Source: Mayamaea pseudoterrestris (lineage: Eukaryota). From it: DNA of 64,000 nucleotides. The position numbers and the translations under genes were made by a program. The notes beneath the pieces are model-generated. The model was given only the letters and a program-made list of their open reading frames with translations, had not been told where the DNA came from and made no database searches. The first letter of the stretch is position 1; each line of letters opens with the position of its first letter. The stretch covers positions 124,001 to 188,000 of the forward strand of contig BROI01000020.1 of NCBI GenBank assembly GCA_027923505.1. Reading direction: 5' to 3'. Below, one piece after another: positions 36,754 through 47,944 of this stretch.

Positions 36754-37476
36754 TCAATTGCCGTCGGGCACGGCAAAGTCCAATCTTGCTGGAGACACTC
36801 CAGAGACGCCACTTTTGGTTGAATCTGTTTCTTGAAAATCGGCCGGCCAAACCGAGTCAGAGTCGTTCGCCGTAGCACCATCGTTTCCTCGCTTCTCACT
36901 CACATCCGGCGACGACGCATCCGTCGCTTGCGTGAGCGACGCTGGAATATGGTTCGGCGACTCTGGCAGTCGATGACGTTTTCGTTTTCGTCGTCGTTGC
37001 TCCGCATGAACATTTAATCGTCTTCGCCGCCGACGGGCCAGCAGTATCAACAGCAAGTAGATTGCCACCATGCTCAACAGTAACACGGTGCCAACGCTTC
37101 GAATCACTGCGCTGGAAGGTATTGGCTGGTAAATGGCCAGCATGTCGTCGGATATTGTGGTGTTGGTAGTGTTTTTGCTAGTATTATTGCTGCCATTGGT
37201 TGGAGCTGTTGTTGCATTTTCGTTTGGCTTTATTGTCGAAATCGAATGCGGCGCTCGTGTTGCATCAATGGGAGACGGCGCCGGCGTCGGAAGCGGCGGC
37301 CAACTCCAAGTAGGTTGCTCCGTTTGGAAAAAGCCCGAAACGTTTGGCTGCACAAAGTAGTATGAATCTGGATCATACAGAGGCTCCTTGGAGGACAGCA
37401 TCGTCGTCGGCGGCGTGCTTGATGCTTGTGCTTGCTGCTGTTCTGGCTCAATCGGAGCTCTCGTCGTATCATCCAT
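36754..37476 (-). CDS. Single-pass membrane protein with a Pro/Thr-rich N-terminal region
   Basis: 240-aa ORF containing PTPAPSP and TTAPT tracts and a TM segment VGTVLLLSMVAIYLLLILLA followed by RRRRRR. Confidence 0.65.
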   Translation of the reverse strand: MDDTTRAPIEPEQQQAQASSTPPTTMLSSKEPLYDPDSYYFVQPNVSGFFQTEQPTWSWPPLPTPAPSPIDATRAPHSISTIKPNENATTAPTNGSNNTSKNTTNTTISDDMLAIYQPIPSSAVIRSVGTVLLLSMVAIYLLLILLARRRRRRLNVHAEQRRRKRKRHRLPESPNHIPASLTQATDASSPDVSEKRGNDGATANDSDSVWPADFQETDSTKSGVSGVSPARLDFAVPDGN

Positions 37477-39192
37477 AGTAATGAGTTGCTTCTATTAGTC
37501 TGCTGCTAATAATCAAGAAGCACAATGAGTTGACTAAGAGCCTCTTAACGTCTAGACGAAACTACAGTCGTCGTGGCGACTCTTGTAAACGAACGAACAC
37601 CATGGTCTCATTCGTTTTGAGGCTTCCCACAAGCGTTCATAAGCGCGCGCACGCGCGCCATGACTGGCAAGTGATTCACGAGTGTGACGAAAGCAATCAC
37701 GAGGAACAACGACGAGCACGCGGAGATGGCAGATGGACATCGGCGCGGAACAATCGCTCGCTTGGTCACAAACGTGCAAGCCAGCGTCGTTGGCAGTCGC
37801 AATCGCAATAATCTCACACAATCAGCAACATGCATCCGCAGCAACAAAACGAAAATAGCAGCCACAACTTGACCGCCCGCGTCATGGCGCAATGGACTGA
37901 CGTCAAGACGTTGCTTTCCAATGGGTTCGACCAGATGCTTGCCCAGCGCGAGCAGCAACAGCAAGATTTATATCTATATTTGGAGACCAAGAAAAGCAAT
38001 CATGACAAGAGCGAAAAGTAGTGCCATGTTGTTGTATCAATTTTTGAGTTTGATCGACCCGTCGACGCATGTCAACGTTGTTGGTGTCGGCCATTTAACA
38101 TACAAACACGAGTGAACGCTACCGAACAACCAGTCAATCGGCCATACAAGTAATCAGCAATAATTTCATTTATAACATTATTTTTGAGATGCGAAAACAA
38201 GAGTGATTTATAAATGACTACTCGTGATGCTCGACTTGTCTGCTCAGCTCTTGGTTTCTTGGGCAATGACCCCCTGACCAATGTACGAAAAACGATCACA
38301 TTTGGACTGTACAGTAACAAATGCTGCTGTGTACTTTATTTGTAAAAGCGCATCATCAAGGAACCATGGTAGGGAAAGGACCGTTTGGCCGCGTCACGGA
38401 CAGCACATGCCGGCCCATGCAGTCCTACCTCATTTTGGTACTCTTGATTAAGACATTGCCAGCCCTTGATTACGTCGTCAATGAGTGCAATCATACTCAA
38501 CGATCGAACATGTGGCTCGATTGATGCAATGCCTAGAGACCTTGCATTCCGATCGTTGCTGCTATCCAATAGACTGTCGTTGAATGAGAGACATGCTACC
38601 ACATGCAGCATGTTTCATGAAAGCAAAGTAGCATCTGCGACTCGTAGCTAACTGTTAATGCTAACGTAGTAGTGCTACATCCCGAACATAGATTGCTCTC
38701 CACCTTGCATTGTGGAAGCTGACGGAAGTCTTCTCGGCTACCCATTTCTTTCGGTAACGCTCCGACGCGACGTCAGTTGCGGTGTCACTTGCCTGGCCGG
38801 CGCGCTGAACGACTCCCTCCAACGACGAACCCGCGCCCGTGCCTCCATGTCCGTCGTTCAGGTTCGTGGGAAGTAACGCGGCGCATTGAATGACCACATG
38901 GCAAGTCGACCTTCCTCGGGTCGAAATAAAACGATACTCAGCGGCGGAGCGCATCAAAAGTTTGCGTGCTCTTTTTCTCATTGCATTCGCTGTGCGCTCG
39001 TTGAATCCACTCGCGATCACAGCAGCAGCAGCAAAGTCTTTTTGCACTACTAGCCGTTGCAGTCGAGTGAGTCTTTCTCTGGCCGAATTCGCTGACTGCA
39101 GTATTCCGAATGAGCATTGCTTGGTTCCTCACAATGATCTCTCCACCTGCTTCGCACCAACAGAGGTCAGCATTGAATCGTCGAAAACGACA

Positions 39193-41433
39193 ATGGACGA
39201 TCGTTCCATTCCTGGTCCGGATGACTGGCACTATCAAGGACCTCCTCCTCCGCACGGATATTACAATCGCTTCACCATTTACCCTCCGCAGCAGGAGGAT
39301 TTTCCGCCAGCATCTCCATTTCGAGACGACCTCTATCCACCACTCCGCCATTTCGGCCCTCCACCGGAAGCCTACTGGTCGCCGCATCCGCACCACCACC
39401 ATGCACCCTTCGCCTCTCCACCCTACTCTCCCTACGAGCAGCCACTCGCACCGCAGCAGCATCGCGCACCTCCCTTTTGGTCGCCGCCCTCCATTCTCCA
39501 CGCGCCGTCCAACGACGAAGGCATGTTTGCGCCACCACCCGTCCTGCGACTGCATGGTGGACGTCAAAGCTTTTCACCAAATTCGAATAACAGTGGCTCG
39601 CCTCCAGGGAGCTGGCCGAGTCCGCCAAAGGATAATAATGGCGAGAGTCACAAGGAAACGCACGAGGAGCATGAACATGGAACGGAACAGAATGACGAAG
39701 CGACTGACCATGATGAATTCGTGGAGCAAAAGGATTCTTCCTCGAGTCCGTCCTTTCAAAGAGCCGTCGATGAGCAAGAAAAGAGCAGTCCATCGTCACA
39801 AGCAACGCAGCATACATCCAATATCAACTCGGAAGGCAAAGACGGAGGCCCATTGTCACTCTTGGCCAAGACTGCGTCAACCATTGGCCCTCCCAAAAAG
39901 CGACTACAACAAAAGACTCGCTTCGATTCCGGAACACCATTGAGCGTGAGTCCCATTCCTACCAGTGCTCCCCGCATTCCAGCAGAAGAATCATCCGAGG
40001 ATGATCCACCTCCCAAACCAATCACACCCATGACTGGAGCATACTATCCGAACGGTCGCATGGCGCCACCTCCACCGCAATACTCGCATCGGGCCTACCA
40101 CCAGCACAACTCGGTGTACCGATACGAGCCCTGGCAGCAAATGGATGGACCATCGGCGGTATGCTCGTTCGATAGTCACGATAGCGCGAATCGAAAGCAT
40201 GTAGTGCCGCCGCCGCCGTCATACTACTACGGTGGCGACCCATATGGACACAATCCGCCGCCGCCGCCGCCGCCGCACGAAGGCTATCGGGGAGGACCAT
40301 GGTATCCACCACCGCCACCGCAACAACATCCGCCTCTTTCAGCTACATCGCAGCAACAGCCACCACCAGCGCCATACTACCAGACGCCTCCGTCGGACAA
40401 GGTGGAAAGCGTCAAGCGCCGCAACGGACCATACACGCAGGTCCAGCAAAAGGGTGGTGGCGCAAACAAGCATTTGCTCAAGAAAAAGTTTTCCTGGAAG
40501 CAGTATCCTGATGTACGTACATAATCATGTGTGCGATGGTGTAGCGGTAGTGTTTGCAAGCGCTTTATATGCTATTGTGGTTAAACTCGTTCTTGCAACC
40601 CTTGTCTCATTATGCAACGTATTTCTCGCCATTGCCACAGCTCGAGGACTTTTTGGTACACCATCGTGAGGAATACCTTGCCCACTCTTGCCGAAACTAC
40701 TCGCTGGAGCAAAAGCAATATAATAACTGGCTGACGCAGCAGTTGATCCAAAAGGCGGAAGCAAGCAATCTATATTTTGATCCACAGGATTTCAACTTTG
40801 TGGCCATTCGTGATCGCATACGGTACGTTGCAAAGTTGACTCGGCAGTGGACACCGCTGCTCGCATCGACGCACACACTGACATTGCCATCCGTTTATTA
40901 AATATTTTAGATGCTACTATAAAAGTTATGTCCAAACGGCTCGCAAACGAGGTCTACCACTGCCTAGCGAATTGGAGACGAGTAGGAACGTATTGAATGC
41001 CAAGAAGCCGCGGTTGGAGGATATTGAAAAGCTTCCCAAGGACGGGTCATCGTCATCGTCGTCGCCCACCAGCGAATCGGCCGAGAAGCGTAGCTCCGTG
41101 AACGAAAATCAGCAGCAGCTACCTAGAATCCCGACGGATAGCAAACAGGCGGCAGCTCCTTCCGTGGAGATGACAAAAGTAACGAAAGAAACGACCAAGC
41201 CGGTTGTGGAAAAATCTGCAGCTAAGGTTGTTGATTCCAAGACGGAGGATGTTGCCAATGCAGCTGATTCTTTGCCGAACAAAAATGCAATTGGTCAAGA
41301 CGCTTCAGCAAATGATTCCAAAGCAAGCGAGTGCCAGTCTATTGAAACTGACCTTAGCAACACGGCGGCGGACACGAAACGCACAACGAGACGGATGACG
41401 ACGAGAGGCCTTGCACGTGGCGGCAGCAACTGA
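39193..41433 (+). CDS. Pro/Tyr-rich protein with a conserved helical domain (putative nuclear regulator); introns 40513-40640 and 40823-40910
   Basis: Two GTACGT...AG introns join three ORFs in frame into KKKFSWKQYPD|LEDFLVHHREEYL...FNFVAIRDRIR|CYYKSYVQTARKRG. The start Met is uncertain (the ORF is open from 38890). Confidence 0.8.
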
Positions 41434-41476
41434 TTGCTTGGTATTAAATCATGTAGATCGCTTATAGAAACACAAG

Positions 41477-42259
41477 CTATGGTTGAAGCTTTGCTTGAGA
41501 TACAGCATTTCGTAGTCGTGACCAAGCATCGCCTCGATCCGGCCATTGAGTCAAGATCATGTCTGGATCCACCATGAGCGACATCCACGCATCGCCATCC
41601 TCGGCATCCTCCAACATGTTCTCCAACTCCTGCTCCGTAAACTCCACATAATTAAAAAACACTTTGCAACTTTGTGGATCAATCTTGCCATCAGCGCACG
41701 CATCAAGCACTGCATCCCAACCACCTTGATACACGCCAGTCGCGTCGGTTCCTTCACCAATCGACGACTGCCCCAATTTCGCGTGACTATGCAACAGAAT
41801 CATATCCTCTTTTCCCTTGTCGCCTCCACGAAACAACAAGTTCTGTCCCAATGGATTGTTGACTAGTTTGGGATCCTCCGACATCATTTCCGTCAGTGTA
41901 AAGGGTGTGCAGTGATCCAAAATGACGCCACGAATCAAGTAGTCGCCCGAATCATCCTTGTTGCTGGTACCCATGCCGTAAATAAAGATTGCAGATTTCC
42001 GATAGTAGTGATTGAACTCGTAACTAGGTGCCACTAATACACAGCCAATCTTGACAGTAGCTTGTGTGCCTTGGCCTAGGAATTGAAAGGGAATCGCTGG
42101 GCGATCTTCATGGTCATCCCGCAATGAGGCGGAGAGGGCGACGCGAGAAACGGATCGGCCGATTTTCAGTGATCTAAAGCTAAAGCATGACAACCAGAGA
42201 TAGCTTTGCAGTGTATAAACAAGTAGGAGCGAGCGCTGGGACCAAAATATACTTGCCAT
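41477..42259 (-). CDS. YqgE/AlgH (UPF0301, DUF179)-like protein, probably plastid-targeted
   Basis: VLVAP..FNHYYRKSAIFI, IRGVILD, LFRGGD, KVFFNYVEF..QELE and W..L pattern, with an N-terminal hydrophobic leader ending CFSF. Confidence 0.72.
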   Translation of the reverse strand: MASIFWSQRSLLLVYTLQSYLWLSCFSFRSLKIGRSVSRVALSASLRDDHEDRPAIPFQFLGQGTQATVKIGCVLVAPSYEFNHYYRKSAIFIYGMGTSNKDDSGDYLIRGVILDHCTPFTLTEMMSEDPKLVNNPLGQNLLFRGGDKGKEDMILLHSHAKLGQSSIGEGTDATGVYQGGWDAVLDACADGKIDPQSCKVFFNYVEFTEQELENMLEDAEDGDAWMSLMVDPDMILTQWPDRGDAWSRLRNAVSQAKLQP

Positions 42260-42479
42260 GGTGGTGAAAGAATCTTACGAACCAAAAAGTGAGTGGCGGT
42301 CGATCATTCGAATGTCGTAGACACTTTTCAGTGCCGCATGCACGGAGTCGTTTTTGGCGAGAGCGCCGGGCCAGCCACTTCGCTCGGCACCGCAAACCGC
42401 CTCCGCGTCGTGCTGCAATAGACTCGTCCATCTTCAGCCGACAAGCCTTTTAATCCTCTCTCATCATCTTGACACAACC

Positions 42480-42830
42480 ATGAACTTGCGCCAAAAGCTT
42501 CAATTTATCATTCTGCTGGTGTTGATCCTGCTGACCTTTGCGAGTTATCACCCTGGCACGGGCAGCACGGCCTGGCTGCAGTACTTGACGGTGGCGGCAA
42601 TAGCGTCCTTTGTCATCTTTTTCGACTTGGCCTTTACGAATGATAGCATGTTCATCTTTGATCCTGATGCAGAGAACTGGAGACGCAAGACTGTAAGTTG
42701 ATGCAAGTCGAGACGTTTGTATAATTTGCATGGGCAGGCTTGGGTCGACCGTTTGCGCAGTACGATGAATAACGAAATTCACGCAGTCCACCCTTTTCCA
42801 TCTTCTTTGTAGGAAGCAGCAACTGCTTAA
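42480..42830 (+). CDS. Small two-TM membrane protein; intron 42693-42812
   Basis: MNLRQKLQFIILLVLILL...IFFDLAF..FIFDPDAENWRRKT, then a GTAAGT...TGTAG intron, then EAATA*. Confidence 0.7.
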
Positions 42831-43096
42831 ATTATCATTTTGCAATAGGAAGAGATTGGTTGCAGCCAGCATGTCTCGCCGGTTTTCCGCAGGGAATAAC
42901 GTCAGTTATAGGACACTCCTTGAGTCGTGAGTTTGGTCTATTTAAAACGAATAGCTTTTTGCTTTACAAATACACCATTCTGCATTATAAATAACAACAA
43001 GAAATTGGGAATACATTATCATATAGATATGGTTTTCGCTGCAGCTTTATGAGTTGAAAGCAAAGGAGAACCACAATGCACAATCCATTATTACGT

Positions 43097-43786
43097 TCAT
43101 TCCAATTTGGAATCCGTCGGCAGCTTGATTGCGTTCCGCCGTCGCATCAGCAGGGGCGTTCCAAACAAGTGCACGGCTGGCTGCTTGCCGGGCGAATCTT
43201 CCGTCATGGCGCTGTCGTCGTCCTCGGTGTAGTAGCTACTATTACTGCTGCCGGCTGCCGCCACTTGATCGCCGCTCGTTAAAATCATGCGCTGTCGCAG
43301 CTCCTCCTGTTCGCGGAGGCGACGCTCTCGATGTAACTGCCCCAAGGTTAGATTGTTCATTTTGTAGTCCGTCTGCGGAGGTGGTTGCTGCGCCGGCTGC
43401 TTGGGTGGTGGAGTCGAGTAGAGTTGATTGCTAATGCTGTTGCTGCTCAAGTATTCATTGTATGGTAAATGCTGCGGCCATGCTTGCTGCTGCGCATGAC
43501 CGCTATAAATGCTATTGGAAGAGACTTGGTAATTCTGCTCGTTCACCCGTAATCGCTTGAACGCCTGCTGCCAAACGAAGGAATGGTTGGAGTCGTCGTC
43601 CAGCTGGTTGTTGCCGTCGTTGTTTTCTTGGTGCGCAGCTCTTCGCTTGTGAACTATCGATGGTGGCGTAAATTGCATGTCATTGTCGGCGTAGTCATTC
43701 ATGTCTATCGTTACTGTATCATCCGTACAATCGAACATATATATATAACTGCTGTCAAGTTTCGATGAAGACGTGCACGTTATCAT
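43097..43786 (-). CDS. Hypothetical low-complexity protein
   Basis: 229-aa Q/N/S-rich ORF containing AFKRLRV and YKMNNLTLGQLHRERRLRE. The start is uncertain. Confidence 0.6.
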   Translation of the reverse strand: MITCTSSSKLDSSYIYMFDCTDDTVTIDMNDYADNDMQFTPPSIVHKRRAAHQENNDGNNQLDDDSNHSFVWQQAFKRLRVNEQNYQVSSNSIYSGHAQQQAWPQHLPYNEYLSSNSISNQLYSTPPPKQPAQQPPPQTDYKMNNLTLGQLHRERRLREQEELRQRMILTSGDQVAAAGSSNSSYYTEDDDSAMTEDSPGKQPAVHLFGTPLLMRRRNAIKLPTDSKLE

Positions 43787-43942
43787 CGCGCATCATCACA
43801 AGGCGGAACCAAGAGGAAGCGAACCGGCTGACCGTCACGCGGTACTGAAAAGACGCCAACTTCCTTTTCCGTCGCCGAAGTGAGTCTCCCAATCGAACCT
43901 ATTGAAACGATTGGGAATTCAACAACATCACTTTTATCGAGT

Positions 43943-45349
43943 TTAAAGAACGGGAACATCATCCTCGCTACTTCGTCTATTCCCATTCACCGACAACCCT
44001 GAGAGCGACCGCAGCAAGGCCGTCAAACCTCTCAACTCGTCGGATTCGTCCACATGTGCTTCTTCCCGTGCCTTCTTTCCGTATGCACTAGCAGCAGCGC
44101 CAGTGTGTCCAACTTTTTCCAATGCAGCCACCAAATCGTTTCGACTGATAGGTCGAAGTGGATTCTCGTCGTGACCAGCTATCCGATACTTGGATGCGCT
44201 CGTGCTATTGTCAAGCTCCATGACTCGTTGCTTGGCAAACTCACTGGTTCGTTCCTGAATGGCAACCATGGCTGCCGCTTTGCAAACCTCCTTCAAGTCG
44301 CTTCCACTGTATCCGTTTGTCACTCGGGCCAAGTGTGGCAAGAACTCAACAAGAGAGTCATGAACATTTTCGTCGGCAAACAAGAGTCTCAAAATCGCCA
44401 GTCTCCCTTGCTCGTCTGGCAACGGAACTTGAAAAGCCCGCGGCATGCGTCGCAAAATGGCTGGGTCAATCGCCTGCGGTTTGTTCGTTGCGCCCAGCAC
44501 CATGACGCGGCTATTGCCTGATGTAGAGATTCCGTCCCACAAAGTCAAGAATTCCGCCTTGATGGAATCAAGATACTTGGTTTCGCTATTGTTGGCCATT
44601 AAAAAGGTGTCTAGCTCGTCAATAAAAATCACAGCAGGCGATAGCTTGTGCGAGATGGCGAATGCCGCAGCAATCAACTTGTTTGACTCTCCCACCCACT
44701 TGTTCAAAACCTTGCTCAGCTGCAGCGGCAAAAAGATGGCATGGGCTTCCTTGGCAAGCGCCTTGGCCAGCATGGTCTTGCCAGTACCGGGCTTGCCATA
44801 CAACAAAATTCCTTTGCACGGCTGCACGAGCTTGGATGATTGAAACAAGTGGGGCTGGACCAGCGGCAGAATGGCCAACTCGTAGATCTCTCGCTTCATG
44901 TCGTCAAGGCCGCCAATATCCGCAAAGGATGATTCAATGTCGTCTGGATCAACAATTTCCTCCGCCATTTGTCTTTCATATGACGTCAAATAAGGCACAA
45001 TGACTTTAGTCCCAGGGTTTCGCTTGGAAAGTATGTGGTGGAGCCGCTTGCGAATGACTGAATGTGCAGGCGTGTCGGCCTCGCCTCCCATTATGGAATT
45101 CCCTAAGAACCTTTTCGTGATCCACAACAAAAGATAGCTGCTCGAGACAGCCAGTAGCAGCCTGACCGATAACTCAACGCCAATGGCAATCATATCATCG
45201 GTCGTTAGCGTTTTGCTTTCCTGCAATCCACGCTGAGCGCTTGATCGCCTAGAATATGTTCGACTTGCGACAGGCGGAACCGACTGCGACGAGCCATTTG
45301 CTAAAGTGCCAATCGTTGTTTGAAATCTGTCAAATATTCGGTCGAACAT
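43943..45349 (-). CDS. ATAD1: Msp1/ATAD1 membrane-anchored AAA+ ATPase
   Basis: N-terminal TM segment, SFADIGGLD, GILLYGKPGTGKTMLAKA, IFIDELD, KAEFLTLWDG, ATNKPQAIDPAILRRMPR, GYSGSDLKEVC. Confidence 0.9.
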   Translation of the reverse strand: MFDRIFDRFQTTIGTLANGSSQSVPPVASRTYSRRSSAQRGLQESKTLTTDDMIAIGVELSVRLLLAVSSSYLLLWITKRFLGNSIMGGEADTPAHSVIRKRLHHILSKRNPGTKVIVPYLTSYERQMAEEIVDPDDIESSFADIGGLDDMKREIYELAILPLVQPHLFQSSKLVQPCKGILLYGKPGTGKTMLAKALAKEAHAIFLPLQLSKVLNKWVGESNKLIAAAFAISHKLSPAVIFIDELDTFLMANNSETKYLDSIKAEFLTLWDGISTSGNSRVMVLGATNKPQAIDPAILRRMPRAFQVPLPDEQGRLAILRLLFADENVHDSLVEFLPHLARVTNGYSGSDLKEVCKAAAMVAIQERTSEFAKQRVMELDNSTSASKYRIAGHDENPLRPISRNDLVAALEKVGHTGAAASAYGKKAREEAHVDESDELRGLTALLRSLSGLSVNGNRRSSEDDVPVL

Positions 45350-45565
45350 GCTAGGGAGATGTTAAGTAGCCATTGAATGAGTAGAGGAGAATGGCCTTGT
45401 CACGTTGAAAGGAATTCCATGGTCGAAACCGAAAAAATGTAAACTGTGTACCGCTGTGACGAATGCTATGTGACGAGTGCTTTGCATGCCACAAGTTGCG
45501 AGCCAATTACTGTGACAATAATATCATTCTCTTAAACCACTATCTTACACATGCACAAGATATTC

Positions 45566-46402
45566 TTACACCTGACCGGCTCCAATCGCCGCTAGTTCCT
45601 GTTGCTGCTTCATTTGCAGCTGAGCCAAAGCGCGTCCAACACTTGGGTTTTGGCCGTGGCTTTTGACAGACGCCTCAAACTGATTCATCGATACACCTCG
45701 CTCCCTCAGTGCGGCTTCTCCGTATTCATTGGCATTTCGGGCAAAGTCCATGTTCAATGCTTGCAGGATGCTTGGATCCTGCAGATTGGCTCCCTCCCCT
45801 TTGTACTGCTCCATCAATTCTCTCATGGCACCTGTGAGCGCCGAAAAATATACATCTGCCATTTCAATTGTCTCCTCGGGCCCAAGAAGATCTTCGACAG
45901 CTCGAGCCATATCCTTGCCAAGTCTCCAGCCAACGACTTCCTCGCCAGTGGCATTCTCCCACAGTTTCTGGAACCGATCAACCGTCTTTTGTACGTTTGG
46001 ATAACGCACCTCGTCCGCCAAAAATTCCCAGGTCGCTTCCTCCAAGCAATCATAGTCAATATCGAATTGCTCCAAAATGGCCTTTTGCTTGACAGTGAGC
46101 GCACGGACTAGCTCTTCACGCAAAATTCCCTTGAGCTGCGCTTCGGGTATCATTTGTCCAGCCATTTGCAACTGCTGGATCTGCTGCATAAGCTGACTAA
46201 AAACGCCCTGCATTTCCAAAAAGAGCTTGTCAAAAATCTTGCAGACATCTTGTTCCGTAATGTACTCGACGTCATCATGGTGTTCATCGTCAATGTCAGT
46301 GATCGTGGATGGGCCGCTGCTGTTGCTTCTCAATGCGTACACTAGTCCGACTGCCCCAACCAACAAGGCGGATCCTGCAAGAATGGCTGAAGATTGCGGC
46401 AT
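45566..46402 (-). CDS. Hypothetical N-anchored helical protein
   Basis: 278-aa ORF with an N-terminal TM segment (AILAGSALLVGAVGLVYAL) and an acidic, Q-rich helical body. Confidence 0.75.
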   Translation of the reverse strand: MPQSSAILAGSALLVGAVGLVYALRSNSSGPSTITDIDDEHHDDVEYITEQDVCKIFDKLFLEMQGVFSQLMQQIQQLQMAGQMIPEAQLKGILREELVRALTVKQKAILEQFDIDYDCLEEATWEFLADEVRYPNVQKTVDRFQKLWENATGEEVVGWRLGKDMARAVEDLLGPEETIEMADVYFSALTGAMRELMEQYKGEGANLQDPSILQALNMDFARNANEYGEAALRERGVSMNQFEASVKSHGQNPSVGRALAQLQMKQQQELAAIGAGQV

Positions 46403-46907
46403 TCTGGAGTTAGAAGCTATTGAAATGAATGAAGAGAAACAGGAAGCTGCTCACAATTGGTCGCGCGATAGGCTATAACCGTCCGTCGTCGTTCAGAGCG
46501 TCTGGCTGCGATCGTTCGAGAAAACCATTCGTTTTCCTCGAGTGCCGATGGGACTCCAATTGACTTCATCATCAAAACCGCTAAGACTGCTAAGCAATCG
46601 TTCGAGTGAGTTTTCATGAAGTAATAATTAACCCGACCTAATCCGAAGGTCATTTTGGTCATCTACGAGTAGAATGTGGGGTCATTGAAGTACATTGACA
46701 TATGCCCAAGGACCAAGGAAAAGTGTTGAATCGGCACGACTCCGTGCGCACGCGGCAAAACAGAGCCACGCAAGGAACACTTCCATGATTTTGACAAACA
46801 TCTGGTGCCCACCTACTTGCTTGGTTGACTAAAGCGCACGCTAGAAAGGCCTTTCCATCCATAGATCAATACACCATAAACAAGCAATTATATATATCAG
46901 AGCCATC

Positions 46908-47564
46908 ATGGTGCATTCTGCTTCACAGAAACGATCCATTCGCTTTCGCGACGAAGAGCTTTGTGAATACCATACCGGCGCAGTGATGGACTTGATAGAA
47001 TGTCGAAAGGAGATTTGGTATCAGCAATCAGACATGTCGACCATTAAACGCAAGGCACTCATGGTCAGCAAAGAAGCGCAGCGCTATGGCGTAGGTTCAC
47101 TGCTCAGCAACACGTATGGAAGCAATTCCAATGAAACGCAAGACGCACTAAACACTTGGTGCAGAAATGCCAATTCACGAAGAGGTTTAGAGCGATGGAT
47201 TAACGATGAATACTCGGCGAAACGATCAGACATTCGTAGGCGGACGATACAGTCTGTTTTACGAGCTCAGCAAAAGATGAGAGAAGAAAGTATCAACGAC
47301 GTGGGCTATGGCATGAAGGTCATTTCAAGGTTATCCGAGGCCTTTTCGCAGGACTCGCGCAACTTTGCCAGAGCCATGGGCGCTGCTGATGAGCTAGCTG
47401 CTAACGCTGAACCTGATGTTTCTACCTCAAAGGATGTGGCGTTAGGCCTACCTCCTCAGCGCACATCTAGTCCCAGATCAGTCATTGTAGCGAGACGACC
47501 AAGGAGCAATCTTGGACTACGCAGTGGCGTTGCAGGTGCAACTGACTTTCGCAACTTTGTTTAA
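46908..47564 (+). CDS. Hypothetical protein (SIRF...IWY...RGLE motif type)
   Basis: 218-aa ORF with motifs SIRFRDEE, EIWYQQSD, RRGLERW and SVLRAQQK, a pattern I associate with an expanded diatom family (not verified). Confidence 0.7.
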   Translation: MVHSASQKRSIRFRDEELCEYHTGAVMDLIECRKEIWYQQSDMSTIKRKALMVSKEAQRYGVGSLLSNTYGSNSNETQDALNTWCRNANSRRGLERWINDEYSAKRSDIRRRTIQSVLRAQQKMREESINDVGYGMKVISRLSEAFSQDSRNFARAMGAADELAANAEPDVSTSKDVALGLPPQRTSSPRSVIVARRPRSNLGLRSGVAGATDFRNFV

Positions 47565-47944
47565 TACTGTTCGCACACCATAGACTCAAATGTTCATAGA
47601 ATACTATTGTAACAAAGATTATATGCAGAAGTCTAATTTATACACAATATGTTCGGCACCTTGACCAGAATGCGTCTTGTTGTGATGGCTACGCTAGAGC
47701 ACGAACCGCATGCAAAACTTAATGTATCGCAATGATGCCAACCGCTGGCGACATTTAATAACAATCATATGAATCAATAGTTCAGCAAGATTGAGGTAAA
47801 AATGCACACCAGCATGTCTCATCATTGCCTAGCTCTTCGCCGCTTACTAGCTGGGGCACCTGTACGTTTCAACTACTAGGCATTGAGACGCTGCTTGCGT
47901 GCTTCCCTGCCTCCTATTCCAGTACCCACTCGCTTCGAAGATGT

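Noticed and set aside
37530..38890. Short ORFs (e.g. 37830..38021) in a 1.4-kb gap
   Set aside because: No motifs or splice structure I could support; a small gene cannot be excluded.
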